A DNA stretch of 64,000 bases from an uncultured bacterium (GCA_963786935.1 CAWBAN010000004.1:224001-288000); one strand, 5' to 3'. Shown: positions 9,917 to 19,891, numbered from the stretch's first letter. Translations and numbers: made by a program. The notes: generated from the letters alone by a model not told the origin.

Positions 9917-11153
9917 GCGGGAATACCTCGACCGTGTCCGGAAGAAGAGCTTCCTCATCGGAACAATCCTCGGCCCGCTCCTCATGGGAGGATGGATCCT
10001 CGTCCCCGGGCTCCTCATGGAGCATGCGCCCGAGGGGCGCACGGTTATCGCGGTCGTCGATCTCACCCGGTCTCTCTACGACGGGTTCGAGACGGCGCTC
10101 GACGACACCCTCGCCGACGGCTCGAAGATGTTCGTGCTGCGGGAGGTCGTCGCGACGCAGGACGGGCTCGACGCCGTGAAGAAGGACCTGAGCGCCGAGG
10201 TCGCCGCGGGCGTCATCGAGGGATACATCGTCCTTCCGCCGGATATGGTCGAGAAGGGCTCGGCGACCTATTTCGGCAAGAAGGTCAGCAACATCAGGAC
10301 TCTCGAACGGATCGAGAGCGGGCTCAACGAAACGGTCGTCGCCAAGCGCCTCGCCGCGCAGGGTCTCGAATACGGCAAGGTCAGCGAGATGCTCAGGCGC
10401 GTGAAGATCGAGACGGTGCAGGTGCTCAAGGAGGGAGGGGAGAAGGCGAGCGGCTTCGAGCAGGCGTACCTGACGAGCTTCGTCTTCATCATGATCCTTT
10501 ACATGACGATCCTGCTCTGGGGGATCGCGGTGCAGCGGAGCATCATCGAGGAGAAGAACAACCGGGTCGTCGAGGTGCTCCTCTCGTCGCTCAAGCCGTT
10601 CGACCTCATGGCGGGGAAGATCATCGGCGTCGGGGCGGTCGGCCTCACCCAGTACGCGCTCTGGGGGGTCTTCGCCCTCGGGATATCCTCCTACGCGCTC
10701 AGCTCGGGGCAGTTCGCCCAGTACCTGACCTTCGATCCGGCCACGCTCGCGTTCTTCATCCTGTTCTTCGTGCTCGGATTTCTCTTCTACTCGACGCTGT
10801 TCGCCGGCATCGGCGCCATCTGCAACACGGACCAGGAGGCGCAGCAGCTCCAGACGCCGATCGTCATGTGCCTCGCGTTCACGTTCATCATCCCGCTCGC
10901 CATCATGCAGAATCCCGACGGCACGTTCGCGACGGTGTGCTCGATGATACCGTTCTTCGCGCCGATTCTCATGTTCATGAGGATCAACATCCTCATGCCG
11001 CCCGCGTGGCAGATCGCCCTCAGCGTGGCGATCCTGCTCGGGAGCATCTATATCGCCGGCGTTCTCTCCGCGAAGATCTTCCGCGTCGGGATCCTGATGT
11101 ACGGGAAGCGCCCCGACCTGCGCGAGGTCTTCAAGTGGCTGCGGCGGGCGTGA
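9894..11153 (+). CDS. ABC-2 type permease (YhaP/NatB-like)
   Basis: EEKNNRVVEVLLSS motif and multiple TM helices; coupled to the ATPase. Confidence 0.9.
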   Translation: MKLLKVAKREYLDRVRKKSFLIGTILGPLLMGGWILVPGLLMEHAPEGRTVIAVVDLTRSLYDGFETALDDTLADGSKMFVLREVVATQDGLDAVKKDLSAEVAAGVIEGYIVLPPDMVEKGSATYFGKKVSNIRTLERIESGLNETVVAKRLAAQGLEYGKVSEMLRRVKIETVQVLKEGGEKASGFEQAYLTSFVFIMILYMTILLWGIAVQRSIIEEKNNRVVEVLLSSLKPFDLMAGKIIGVGAVGLTQYALWGVFALGISSYALSSGQFAQYLTFDPATLAFFILFFVLGFLFYSTLFAGIGAICNTDQEAQQLQTPIVMCLAFTFIIPLAIMQNPDGTFATVCSMIPFFAPILMFMRINILMPPAWQIALSVAILLGSIYIAGVLSAKIFRVGILMYGKRPDLREVFKWLRRA

Positions 11154-11180
11154 GCGCGCGCGCCGCCACGCACGGGCAAG

Positions 11181-11222
11181 AAAAATCCCCGCTCCCATTC
11201 GGGGGGCGGGGATTTTCGTTTT
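11181..11222. terminator. bidirectional rho-independent terminator
   Basis: AAAAATCCCCGCTCCC-ATTC-GGGGGGCGGGGATTTT between convergent genes. Confidence 0.85.
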
Positions 11223-11239
11223 CGCGAGCGATCGCGACG

Positions 11240-11821
11240 CTACGTCCTGAGAACGATGAAGTTCAGGCGGAACGCGAAATACGAGAAGAGATCCTCGGCG
11301 CCCGTATCGAAGAAATTGTACTCGAACTCGGCTCCGAGGCCCATCGTGCCGAACGCCCAGTAATCGAACCCGATGCCGGCGTTGCCGCCGAAGTTCAGTT
11401 TCGACTCGGTTACTCCGCCGACCGGGTCGGTGCCGAGGTGCGGGAGCGTCTGGTACCCGCCGGCGGCGAGCGCCGCGTGCAGCTGCATTGACGGCGCGAT
11501 CGTGAAGTAGTATTTCGCCTTGGCGAGAATGGGGATGACGGCGAGCCGCTCGTAGATATCGTCGTTCTGGCGGTAGGAGACGATATCGTAGCCGACCGCG
11601 AGCCCCGCGGACAGGTTGTTCGTGAACATCCGGGCGATCGAGATGTCGATCCCGAGCATGCCCCCTTGCGCCTTGGTCACCGTCGCCTGCGTGTAGGCGG
11701 CTCCGAAATCGGCGACGAACTGCTTCTGCACCGCCTGCGCCGAAACCGTGCCGGAATAGACGGCGCAGCACAGAAGGAGCGCGCCCGCGATCGAGAGGGT
11801 CCGTAACGTTTTCAAATCCAT
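11240..11821 (-). CDS. outer-membrane beta-barrel protein (small, about 8-stranded)
   Basis: Signal peptide and amphipathic strands (GGNAGIGFDY, LGAEFEYNFF). Start may be TTG at 11815. Confidence 0.7.
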   Translation of the reverse strand: MDLKTLRTLSIAGALLLCCAVYSGTVSAQAVQKQFVADFGAAYTQATVTKAQGGMLGIDISIARMFTNNLSAGLAVGYDIVSYRQNDDIYERLAVIPILAKAKYYFTIAPSMQLHAALAAGGYQTLPHLGTDPVGGVTESKLNFGGNAGIGFDYWAFGTMGLGAEFEYNFFDTGAEDLFSYFAFRLNFIVLRT

Positions 11822-11905
11822 CCTCCGCCGAAATTGCCTCAAGGGTCTTCCGCGATAAACACTCGTTCTATGGTCGACGGGGCGAGCCCCGCTCTCCGCG
11901 ATGCC

Positions 11906-12514
11906 TCAGCGCGCCGGGGGGGGCGGCGGGTACACGTACCCGGGCTCCCATTCCATCTCGATGATCTCGCCGATGGTGAATTCGACCCCGGACACGACTT
12001 CGATGAGCCCCTCGCGGTCGTAATTGATCTGGATGTCCCAGCAGCCTCCCTCGATCTGAAGCGTTACCGTGGCGCCCGGCGGAACCGTCTGCTTCGGTGC
12101 GAGGAGATTCGGACCCCACTTGAGGCTGTCGCATTCGCTGATCTTGATTTCGTTCACGGCCTTGATATGCAGGTTCGTGAAGAGGATGGCGCCCACGTCG
12201 TTCTGCACCGTGTACGTCGTCGTTTCGTCGGCCGTGATCCCGATCTCGTCGGTGAAGGCCCGTTTGGTCGTCGCGGATCCCGAGACGATGACGTTGATCT
12301 TGTCCGGGCCGACGATGGCGAGGCTCTTGCCGATATAGACTGATGTCGCGTACTGGTCCCCCGGATCGATCGTCACCTGCGTGCCGTCCACCGTGCCCGT
12401 GAAATCCGTCGCCGCCTTATTCTCGATGACCAAAGTGCCTTCCTGCGAGCACCCCGAAAGGGCCGCGACGAGCAGGGCCAATGCGATCGAAACGCAGACA
12501 CTGAACCTGGGCAT
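11906..12514 (-). CDS. hypothetical lipoprotein, beta-rich
   Basis: AAGGAGG RBS, lipobox LSGC, poly-Pro C-terminus. Confidence 0.7.
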   Translation of the reverse strand: MPRFSVCVSIALALLVAALSGCSQEGTLVIENKAATDFTGTVDGTQVTIDPGDQYATSVYIGKSLAIVGPDKINVIVSGSATTKRAFTDEIGITADETTTYTVQNDVGAILFTNLHIKAVNEIKISECDSLKWGPNLLAPKQTVPPGATVTLQIEGGCWDIQINYDREGLIEVVSGVEFTIGEIIEMEWEPGYVYPPPPPAR

Positions 12515-12553
12515 GATTCCTCCTTTGGGCCACGTAGGACGATAATATGAAGA

Positions 12554-12582
12554 AAGATAGCACCGCGGAAGGCCGATGTCAA
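12554..12582 (-). promoter_or_regulatory. sigma70-like promoter
   Basis: TTGACA-N17-TATCTT upstream of the lipoprotein gene. Confidence 0.55.
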
Positions 12583-12678
12583 TTTCGCATTTTCTTGTGT
12601 TTAAGTCCCTGTTTCGGCTACAGTAAGACCTTCCGGGGCGCGGGTCCCCGGACGGACCCGATCGGAGGCGGTCAAGCG

Positions 12679-13923
12679 GTGCGCATCCTCATGGTTCAGA
12701 CATACTACTACCCCCGCGGGGGGGATTCGACCTATATGCTCTCGCTCTCGAAGCTGCTCGAGGAGAAGGGGCACGAGGTGGTTCCCTTCGGGATGGAGAG
12801 CCCCCATAACCTGCCGACTCCGTACGCGCGGTTCTTCGTGAGCGAGATCGATTTCCCCGAGCTCCTGAAACGGTCCTCGCCTGCCGCGGCGTGGAAGGTC
12901 GCCTCGCGGAGCATTTTCAACGGCGAGGCCCGCCGGAAGATCGCCGCGCTCGCCGACGAGGTGAAGCCCGATATCGCGCATTTCCACAACATTCACGCGC
13001 ATCTCACGGCGTCGATCGTCGCGCCGCTCCGCGCGCGGAGGATTCCGGTCGTCTGGACGCTGCACGACTACCGGCTCATTTGCCCCAACACGTCGCTTCT
13101 GAGCGGCGGGGAGATCTGCGAGCGCTGCATCCCGAACCGTTTCCATCAGGCCGTGCTCCAGCGGTGCAAGAAAGGGAGCCTCCCGGCGAGCTGCGTGGCG
13201 ATGCTGACGACGCTCTACGACCGGATCGAGCGCCTGCCCTCGCGGATCGACCGCTTCATCACCCCGAGCGATTTCCTGCGGTCGAAGCTCCTCGCCGGCG
13301 GATTCGATCCGGCGCGGATCTCGTGCGTCCCGAATTTCGCGCATCTCGAGGGCTTCGCGGGGCTTCCCGAGAAGGATTACTTCTGCTACGTCGGCCGGCT
13401 CTCGCACGAGAAGGGGCTCGACGTCCTCATCCGGGCGGCCGCCTCGCTGGAGACGGGGCGTCTGCTCATCGTCGGGGACGGGCCCGAGAAGGCTGCGCTC
13501 AAGGCGCTCGCGCGCGGGCTCGGCGCGGATCGCGTGGAGTTCGCGGGATTCAGGGGCGGCGCGGAGCTGCGGAAGATCCTCGCCGAGTCTCAGTTCGTCG
13601 TGCTCCCCTCCCGCTGGTACGAAAACCTGCCCTATACGGTGATGGAGGCCTTCGCCTCGTCGAAAGCGGTCGTCGCCTCGCGGATCGGCGGCATCCCCGA
13701 GATGGTGGAGGACGGGGTGAACGGGCTCCTGTCTCCCGCGGGGGACGCCGAAGCCCTCGCCGTCCGCCTGCGGCGGATGCTCGGCGACCATCGCCTGCGC
13801 GCGGAGATGGGGCGGCGCGGGCGCGAGAAGGCCGAGCGGGAGTACGGCCGGGAGCTTCATTACGAGCGGATCGAAGGAATCTACGGGGACGTCGTCACAC
13901 GGCACGAACGGGTCGGGGCGTAG
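12679..13923 (+). CDS. glycosyltransferase family 4
   Basis: VWTLHDY, GRLSHEKG, ENLPYTVMEA (EX7E motif); GGAGG RBS before GTG. Confidence 0.92.
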   Translation: MRILMVQTYYYPRGGDSTYMLSLSKLLEEKGHEVVPFGMESPHNLPTPYARFFVSEIDFPELLKRSSPAAAWKVASRSIFNGEARRKIAALADEVKPDIAHFHNIHAHLTASIVAPLRARRIPVVWTLHDYRLICPNTSLLSGGEICERCIPNRFHQAVLQRCKKGSLPASCVAMLTTLYDRIERLPSRIDRFITPSDFLRSKLLAGGFDPARISCVPNFAHLEGFAGLPEKDYFCYVGRLSHEKGLDVLIRAAASLETGRLLIVGDGPEKAALKALARGLGADRVEFAGFRGGAELRKILAESQFVVLPSRWYENLPYTVMEAFASSKAVVASRIGGIPEMVEDGVNGLLSPAGDAEALAVRLRRMLGDHRLRAEMGRRGREKAEREYGRELHYERIEGIYGDVVTRHERVGA

Positions 13924-13991
13924 CGCAGCCCGGTTAGCGCGCCTGCCTTGGGCGCAGGAGGTCGGTGGTTCGAATCCACTCGCCCCGACCA
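13914..13991 (+). tRNA. tRNA-Pro (TGG) with encoded CCA
   Basis: Acceptor CGGGGCG/CGCCCCG, anticodon arm CCTGC-CTTGGGC-GCAGG, GGTTCGAATCC T arm, ACCA end. Confidence 0.96.
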
Positions 13992-14017
13992 TTCTCTTGG
14001 AACGGGAGGTCACGCGA

Positions 14018-14461
14018 ATGAACAAGTCCGATCAGGCGGCGTCGGTTTTCTCGCAGGGCTACAACTGCGCGCAGGCGGTGTTCTCCACCATGGCGCCCGG
14101 ATTCGGGCTGGACGCGGAGACCGCCGCGCGGACGGCGACCGCGTTCGGCGGCGGGATGGCGCGCATGGGGGGGACGTGCGGCGTCGTGACGGGAGCGCTC
14201 ATGACGATCGGGCTCGCGCGCGGCAACAGGCTCCCGTCGGACAAGGAGACGAAGGAGCTGACGTACCTCGTCGCCCTCGACTTCGTGAAGCGGTTCATGG
14301 AGCGCAACGGCTCGATCACGTGCCGCGATCTCCTCGGCTGCGACATCGGCACGCACGAAGGCCACGAAGCGGCGAAGGCGAAGGGGCTGTTCGACACCGT
14401 GTGCGCGAAGCTCGTGCGGGACGCGGTGACGATCCTGGAAGACATGCTCTCGAAGAAATAG
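14018..14461 (+). CDS. C_GCAxxG_C_C family putative redox protein
   Basis: YNCAQAV, FGGG..GGTCGVVTG, CRDLLG, C-terminal Cys. Confidence 0.88.
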   Translation: MNKSDQAASVFSQGYNCAQAVFSTMAPGFGLDAETAARTATAFGGGMARMGGTCGVVTGALMTIGLARGNRLPSDKETKELTYLVALDFVKRFMERNGSITCRDLLGCDIGTHEGHEAAKAKGLFDTVCAKLVRDAVTILEDMLSKK

Positions 14462-14471
14462 GAGGAGGCTC

Positions 14472-14771
14472 GTGGATATGCTTTCGTGCTTCGCGCCGGG
14501 CTCGCTCGCGACGATGGTTCTCGCGGGAGCCGCCGGCGGCGCCGTGCGCTCGCTCGTCGGGATCCTCAAGTACATGGAGCGGAACAAGCGCCGCGATAAG
14601 CTCCGCGTCGGCTATTTGCTCTTTTCGGTGTTCGTCTCGGCCGCGATCGGCGGCTTCGCGGGCGCGCTCTGCGGCGGGAACGGCAAGGTCGCCGCGCTCG
14701 CCGGGTACGCGGGCACGGATTTCATCGAGGGCCTGTACAAGATCAAGATGAGCCAGGGGCTCGAGACGTGA
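14472..14771 (+). CDS. small membrane protein with 3 predicted TM segments, holin-like
   Basis: About 99 aa, GAAGG..R, basic loop, AALAGYAGTDFIE; AGGAGG RBS. Confidence 0.6.
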   Translation: MDMLSCFAPGSLATMVLAGAAGGAVRSLVGILKYMERNKRRDKLRVGYLLFSVFVSAAIGGFAGALCGGNGKVAALAGYAGTDFIEGLYKIKMSQGLET

Positions 14772-14794
14772 GCGAGAGCGAGGAGGTCCTGTCC

Positions 14795-15949
14795 GTGATC
14801 AAGCGTGGTGCGATTCCGGCGCTGTGCGCGGTGCTGTTCTCGGTGCTCGTTTCGACATCGGCGGGGGCGGCCGAATGGTATGAGCGGATCAAGGTGGGAG
14901 GGGACGTCCGCGTCCGCGGCGAGGCGATCAAGATCGAATACGGCAACGACGATTCCCGCGCGCGCATCCGGGCGCGCCTGCGCGTCATGGGGGAAGTGAC
15001 CGGGAGCTGGAGCGCCGGCCTCGGCCTCGCCACGGGATCGGACGATCCCGTCTCGACGAACGTGACGCTCACCGGCGGCTTCGCGAACAAAGGGCTCATG
15101 CTCGATCTCGCTTACATCGATTATCACCCGAAGGCGATTTCGGGGCTCCATATCGTCGCCGGGAAAATGCATCTCCCCTTCGAGACCGCGGAGGGAAGCG
15201 AGCTCCAGTGGGATCACGATCTCACGCCGGAAGGATTCGCGGCGAGATATCGGAACGTGGCGCTCGAGCGGGTCGAATTCTTCGCGAACGGCGCCCTGTT
15301 CGAAATCAGGGACACCAATCCGGACGATCTCGGCGAGGCGTGGATGATCGGCGGCCAGGCGGGGCTCGACGCGTCGCTCCCCCGCGGCGTGGACGTCACG
15401 GTCGGCGCGGCCTACTACAATTACGAAGGGGCGATCGGCAACTACGGATTCTACCGGCCGACCGAATTCTACGGCAATACGTGGGATCTCTGGGCCGGGA
15501 AGACGGAGGTCGGCGGATATCCGATGGTCATCCGCGGGTACGCGCACGATTTCAACGTCGTCGAGGCGCTCGGGGTGGTCGACGGCGCTCTGCGCGATTG
15601 GGTCGAATTCACGCTCTACGGAACGTACGTGAACAACATCAGGGCCGACGATCTGAACGTCGGTTGGCTCGCCGGCGGCTCGGCGAGCCGCGGGCGGGAC
15701 GCGGGAGCGGTGAAGCTCTACGCGAACTACCGGCGGCTCGAGCCCGACGCCGTGATCGGCATCTTCACCGATTCGGACTTCGCCGGCGGGGGGACCGATT
15801 GCAGGGGTTGGGAGCTCGGCTGCGTCGTCGGCGCCGCGAAGGGGATCGATCTGCGGGCGACGTGGTTCCTGAACATGCGGAATATCAGGTACGAGGAGTT
15901 CGAATCCGAATACCGGCGGCTGCAGGTGGACGTGCAGGCGGCGTTCTGA
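14795..15949 (+). CDS. putative porin (paralog 1)
   Basis: Signal peptide, GDVRVR, DPVSTN.TL, LDLAYIDY, DSDFAGGGTD, C-terminal Phe. Confidence 0.82.
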   Translation: MIKRGAIPALCAVLFSVLVSTSAGAAEWYERIKVGGDVRVRGEAIKIEYGNDDSRARIRARLRVMGEVTGSWSAGLGLATGSDDPVSTNVTLTGGFANKGLMLDLAYIDYHPKAISGLHIVAGKMHLPFETAEGSELQWDHDLTPEGFAARYRNVALERVEFFANGALFEIRDTNPDDLGEAWMIGGQAGLDASLPRGVDVTVGAAYYNYEGAIGNYGFYRPTEFYGNTWDLWAGKTEVGGYPMVIRGYAHDFNVVEALGVVDGALRDWVEFTLYGTYVNNIRADDLNVGWLAGGSASRGRDAGAVKLYANYRRLEPDAVIGIFTDSDFAGGGTDCRGWELGCVVGAAKGIDLRATWFLNMRNIRYEEFESEYRRLQVDVQAAF

Positions 15950-16002
15950 GGGGGCGCTCGCGCGGCGGCGCCGCCGCCGGAGCGAAGCGAGCACACGGAA
16001 AA

Positions 16003-16030
16003 TTCACATATTCGAGATATGCGCCTCACA
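16003..16030 (+). promoter_or_regulatory. weak Pho-box-like repeat upstream of phoB
   Basis: TTCACA at 16003 and CTCACA at 16025, 22 bp (2x11) apart. Confidence 0.4.
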
Positions 16031-16088
16031 TTTCGATGATACCTTCGTATCGAAATGGGATAGCCTTTCACCGGAAGCGAGGTCAGGC

Positions 16089-16778
16089 ATGGCATCTCAC
16101 CACATACTGGTCGTCGACGACGAGGAGGACATCCTCGAGCTCGTGAGCTACAACCTCGCGAAGGCGGGGTATCGCGTGACGAGCGTCGCCTCGGGAGAAG
16201 AAGCGATCAAGGCGGCGCGTTCGAAGAATCCCGACCTCGTCCTCCTCGATCTCATGCTCCCCGGCGTCGACGGGCTCGAGGTCTGCAATACGCTGAAGCG
16301 CGACCCGCGCACCGCGAATATCCCCGTCATCATGCTCACCGCCCGCGGGGAAGAGGCCGACATCGTATCCGGTCTCGAGCTCGGGGCGGACGACTACGTG
16401 ACGAAGCCCTTCAGCCCGCGCGTTCTCCTCGCCCGCATCAAGGCCGTGCTCCGGCGAAAGACGCATGCGCCCGCCGAGGAGCAGGCGGTCATCAAGCTCA
16501 AGGACCTTGTGATACACCCGGGGCGGCACGAGGTGACGGTGCGTGGGAAGCGCGCCGATCTCACGTCGACCGAGTTCAGGATTCTCCACCTCCTCGCGCG
16601 CCGGTCCGGTTGGGTGTACACACGGCAGCAGATCATCGACGCGGCGCGCGGCGAGGACTATGCGGTGACGGATCGCTCCGTCGACGTGCATGTCTCGGGA
16701 CTTCGCAAAAAGCTGGGTCCTCTCGGGGAGCAGGTCGAGACCGTGCACGGCGTCGGGTACCGGTTCAAGGAGAGTTGA
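16089..16778 (+). CDS. phoB: PhoB/PhoP-type response regulator (OmpR family)
   Basis: Receiver domain (VVDDE, LDLMLP, KPF) plus winged helix (RSVDVHV, ETVHGVGY); located in the pst locus. Confidence 0.88.
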   Translation: MASHHILVVDDEEDILELVSYNLAKAGYRVTSVASGEEAIKAARSKNPDLVLLDLMLPGVDGLEVCNTLKRDPRTANIPVIMLTARGEEADIVSGLELGADDYVTKPFSPRVLLARIKAVLRRKTHAPAEEQAVIKLKDLVIHPGRHEVTVRGKRADLTSTEFRILHLLARRSGWVYTRQQIIDAARGEDYAVTDRSVDVHVSGLRKKLGPLGEQVETVHGVGYRFKES

Positions 16779-18575
16779 ATGGCCCGCAAACGTCTTCTTG
16801 CGCAGCTCTATCCCTATCATCTGCTCATCCTCGTGCTTTCGCTCGCCGCGGTGACCTGGTACGCGTCGCACGTCGCGCAGCGGCTCTATCTGCGAAGCAC
16901 CGAGGAGAGCCTCTTCGCACGGGCGCGGCTTGCGGAGCTTCAGGTGACGGCGGCGGGGAGGACGGGGGCCGGCGCAATGGACGCGCCCGGCGGTTTCGTC
17001 GATTCGCTCTGCAAGGCGCTCGGGGGGTCCTCGCACACCCGCTTCACCATCGTGCTTCCCTCGGGGAAGGTCCTCGGCGATTCGCACGCCGATCCCCGCG
17101 GCATGGCGAGCCATATCGATCGCCCCGAGATCGCTCGGGCGCTCGCGGGCGACGTCGGCCGGTCGGTGCGGTTCAGCGACACCGAGAGAACGCGAATCAT
17201 GTACGTCGCCGTTCCGATGCGCCGGGAGGGACGCGTCATCGGGGCCATTCGCGCGTCCGTGCCGCTGAATGTAGTGGACGAGAGCCTGCGGGTCATGCAT
17301 CTCAGGATATTCGCCGGTCTCGCGGCGGTCGTTCTCATCGCGGGCGCCGTGAGCTACGGCATCGCGCGGAGGATCGGGCGTCCCCTGCGGGACCTGCGGG
17401 AAGGGATCGGGCGCTTCGAGCGGGAGGGTCTGAGCTACCGGATCCCCGTCTCGCGATTCGAGGAGATCGGGAGCATCGCATCGCTGATGAACGAGCTCGC
17501 CGAGCGGCTCGACGAGCGCATCCACGCCGAGGGGCGGCAGCTGAGCGAACAGGAGGCCGTGTTCTCGAGCATGGCGGAAGGGATCGTCGTCGTCGATCCG
17601 GCGGAGCGCGTGACGAGAATCAACCGCTCGGCGGCGCGGTTCCTCGGCGTCGAGCCCGCGGCGGCGCTCGGCAAGAGCATTCAGGAGATCGTGCGGAACC
17701 CGCGCCTGCAGGAGATCGTCGCGCGGTCGCTCTCGGCGGCGGAACCGATCGAAGGGGATATCGTTCTCCGCGCCGGGCAGGGCGAGCTCTTTCTGCAGGC
17801 GCACGGCACGGCGCTGTTCGACGACGAAGCCGCGAAGATCGGCGCCGTCATCGTGCTCAACGACGTGACACGGCTCCAGCGTCTCGAGGGGATCAGGCGC
17901 GACTTCGTGGCGAACGTGTCGCACGAGCTCAAGACCCCCATCACGTCGATCAAGGGATTCGTCGAAACGCTTCGCGACGGCGCGATGTGCCGTCCGGGAG
18001 AAGCGCAGAAATTCCTCGAGATCGTGGCGAAGCAGGCCGACCGCATGAGCTCGATCATCGAAGACCTGCTCCTCCTGTCCCGCATCGAGCAGGATGCGCG
18101 TGAGGCGAAGGTCACGCTCGAACGCGCGCCGCTCAAGGGTGTCCTCCTCGAAGCGGTGCAGGTGTGCGAACCGAAGGCCCGCGCCAAGGATATCCGGATC
18201 ACGGTCGAATGTCCGGAGGGGCTCGACGCCCTGATCAACACGGCGCTTCTCGAGCAGGCGGTCATCAATCTCGTCGACAACGCGATCAAATACAGCGAGG
18301 CGGGGCGCCCCGTGAGCGTCGATGCTTCGGCGAGCGGGAGCGTCGTGACGATCAGCGTCCGCGACGAGGGATCGGGCATCGAGCCGGAGCACCTGCCCCG
18401 GATATTCGAGCGCTTCTACCGCGTCGACAAGGCGCGGAGCAGGAAGCTCGGCGGGACGGGGCTCGGGCTCGCGATCGTGAAACATATCGTGCAGGCGCAT
18501 GGCGGCACCGTCTCGGTCGACAGCGTTCCCGGCGCGGGGACCACGTTCTCGATTCATCTTCCGAAGAGCGCCTGA
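16779..18575 (+). CDS. phoR: PhoR-type sensor histidine kinase (HAMP-PAS-HisKA-HATPase)
   Basis: RRDFVANVSHELKTP, NLVDNAIKY, FERFYRVDKARSR, GTGLGL. Confidence 0.9.
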   Translation: MARKRLLAQLYPYHLLILVLSLAAVTWYASHVAQRLYLRSTEESLFARARLAELQVTAAGRTGAGAMDAPGGFVDSLCKALGGSSHTRFTIVLPSGKVLGDSHADPRGMASHIDRPEIARALAGDVGRSVRFSDTERTRIMYVAVPMRREGRVIGAIRASVPLNVVDESLRVMHLRIFAGLAAVVLIAGAVSYGIARRIGRPLRDLREGIGRFEREGLSYRIPVSRFEEIGSIASLMNELAERLDERIHAEGRQLSEQEAVFSSMAEGIVVVDPAERVTRINRSAARFLGVEPAAALGKSIQEIVRNPRLQEIVARSLSAAEPIEGDIVLRAGQGELFLQAHGTALFDDEAAKIGAVIVLNDVTRLQRLEGIRRDFVANVSHELKTPITSIKGFVETLRDGAMCRPGEAQKFLEIVAKQADRMSSIIEDLLLLSRIEQDAREAKVTLERAPLKGVLLEAVQVCEPKARAKDIRITVECPEGLDALINTALLEQAVINLVDNAIKYSEAGRPVSVDASASGSVVTISVRDEGSGIEPEHLPRIFERFYRVDKARSRKLGGTGLGLAIVKHIVQAHGGTVSVDSVPGAGTTFSIHLPKSA

Positions 18576-18589
18576 AGCGCCTTTGCGTT

Positions 18590-18639
18590 TTCACCGGAAA
18601 CTCATTTCCCCCTCAAATAATCCTAACAGGCGTCTCGCA
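18590..18639 (+). promoter_or_regulatory. Pho-box-like array upstream of porin 2
   Basis: TTCACC, CTCATT, CTCAAA, CTAACA, CTCGCA at 18590, 18601, 18612, 18623, 18634 (exact 11-bp period). Confidence 0.6.
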
Positions 18640-18730
18640 TACTTATTCCCGAAGCATGTTGCATCGCGTGTCGAGGCAACGGAGATCAAGGGAACGGGCA
18701 AACGTGAACTCAGTCCAAGGAGGTGCCGAG

Positions 18731-19891
18731 ATGAGGAGAATCGCGATGGTCGCGCTTCTCGCGTGCCTGTTCGTGCCGGTGTTCGCGCAGGCGGCCGAAT
18801 GGCACGAGAAGCTGAAGCTCAAGGGGGACGTCCGGTTCCGCAACGAGCTTATCCAGCAGCAGGACAAAAAGGACGATTTCAGGTGGCGCCTGCGGGCGCG
18901 GCTCGCCGTCGAGGCGGAGATCAACGAGGCATGGAGCGCCGCGATCGGGCTCGCGTCGGGCTCCCTCGATCCCGTCTCGACGAACCAGACGCTCACGGCC
19001 GGTTTTTCGAGAAAGACGATCATGCTCGATCTCGCCTACATCGACTATCACCCGAAGCGGGCGCCGGGCCTGAGCGTGATCGGCGGCAAGATGAAGCTCC
19101 CGTTCGAAACGGCGGACAGGACGGAGCTCGTATGGGACAATGACTTGACGCCCGAGGGAATCGCCCTCAAGTACAAGCGCGCCGTGGGCGCCAAGGCGGA
19201 GATGTTCGCGAGCGCGGCGGGCTTCTATATCACCGACAACAATCCGGACAACGAGCAGTGGCTGTCGGGCGGCCAGGTTGGATTCAACGTGAAGCCGTCC
19301 GGCGCGGTGAGCCTGACGGCGGGCGCGAGCTACTTCGATTACCACCGGATCGAAGGGCAGCCGGGCGTTTACAACCCGGAGAGCTTCTACGGCAACAGCT
19401 CGATGAAGATCGGCACCAAGGTCGTCACGGTGAAGGCCGGGAATACGGTCATCGGGAGGGACACGGTCGACGTGTTCGGTTACGCGGTCGATTTCAACGA
19501 GCTCGAGCTCTTCGGAACCTTCGACGTCAAGGTCAACGATAAGGTTTCGCTGAGGCTCACGGGCGATTACGTGAACAACGGCGGAGCGGACAGCCTGAGC
19601 ACGGCCTATCTCTTCGGCGGATCGCTCACCTATGGAAAAGACGCGGGATCGATCAAGCTCTCGGCCAACTACCGGAAGGTCGAGGCCGACGCCGTGCTCG
19701 GCGTCTTCACCTACTCCGATCCCTGGGGGGGCGGCACCGACGGCAAGGGGTACGAGCTCGGATTCTCCTACGGCCTCGCGAAGGGAACGAGCTTCGACGT
19801 CACGTATCACATCAACACGAAAGGCGTCAAGGACGGGGTCGAGGGGACCGATTACAACAGGCTCAAGGCCGACATTCTCGTAAAGTTCTGA
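18731..19891 (+). CDS. putative porin (paralog 2), probably phosphate-starvation induced
   Basis: AAGGAGG RBS, signal peptide, same motifs as paralog 1, C-terminal Phe. Confidence 0.85.
   Translation: MRRIAMVALLACLFVPVFAQAAEWHEKLKLKGDVRFRNELIQQQDKKDDFRWRLRARLAVEAEINEAWSAAIGLASGSLDPVSTNQTLTAGFSRKTIMLDLAYIDYHPKRAPGLSVIGGKMKLPFETADRTELVWDNDLTPEGIALKYKRAVGAKAEMFASAAGFYITDNNPDNEQWLSGGQVGFNVKPSGAVSLTAGASYFDYHRIEGQPGVYNPESFYGNSSMKIGTKVVTVKAGNTVIGRDTVDVFGYAVDFNELELFGTFDVKVNDKVSLRLTGDYVNNGGADSLSTAYLFGGSLTYGKDAGSIKLSANYRKVEADAVLGVFTYSDPWGGGTDGKGYELGFSYGLAKGTSFDVTYHINTKGVKDGVEGTDYNRLKADILVKF

Noticed and set aside
13914..16000. Integrative element at tRNA-Pro (or tRNA-Leu)
   Set aside because: No integrase, no repeated tRNA 3' end noticed, and no compositional shift.
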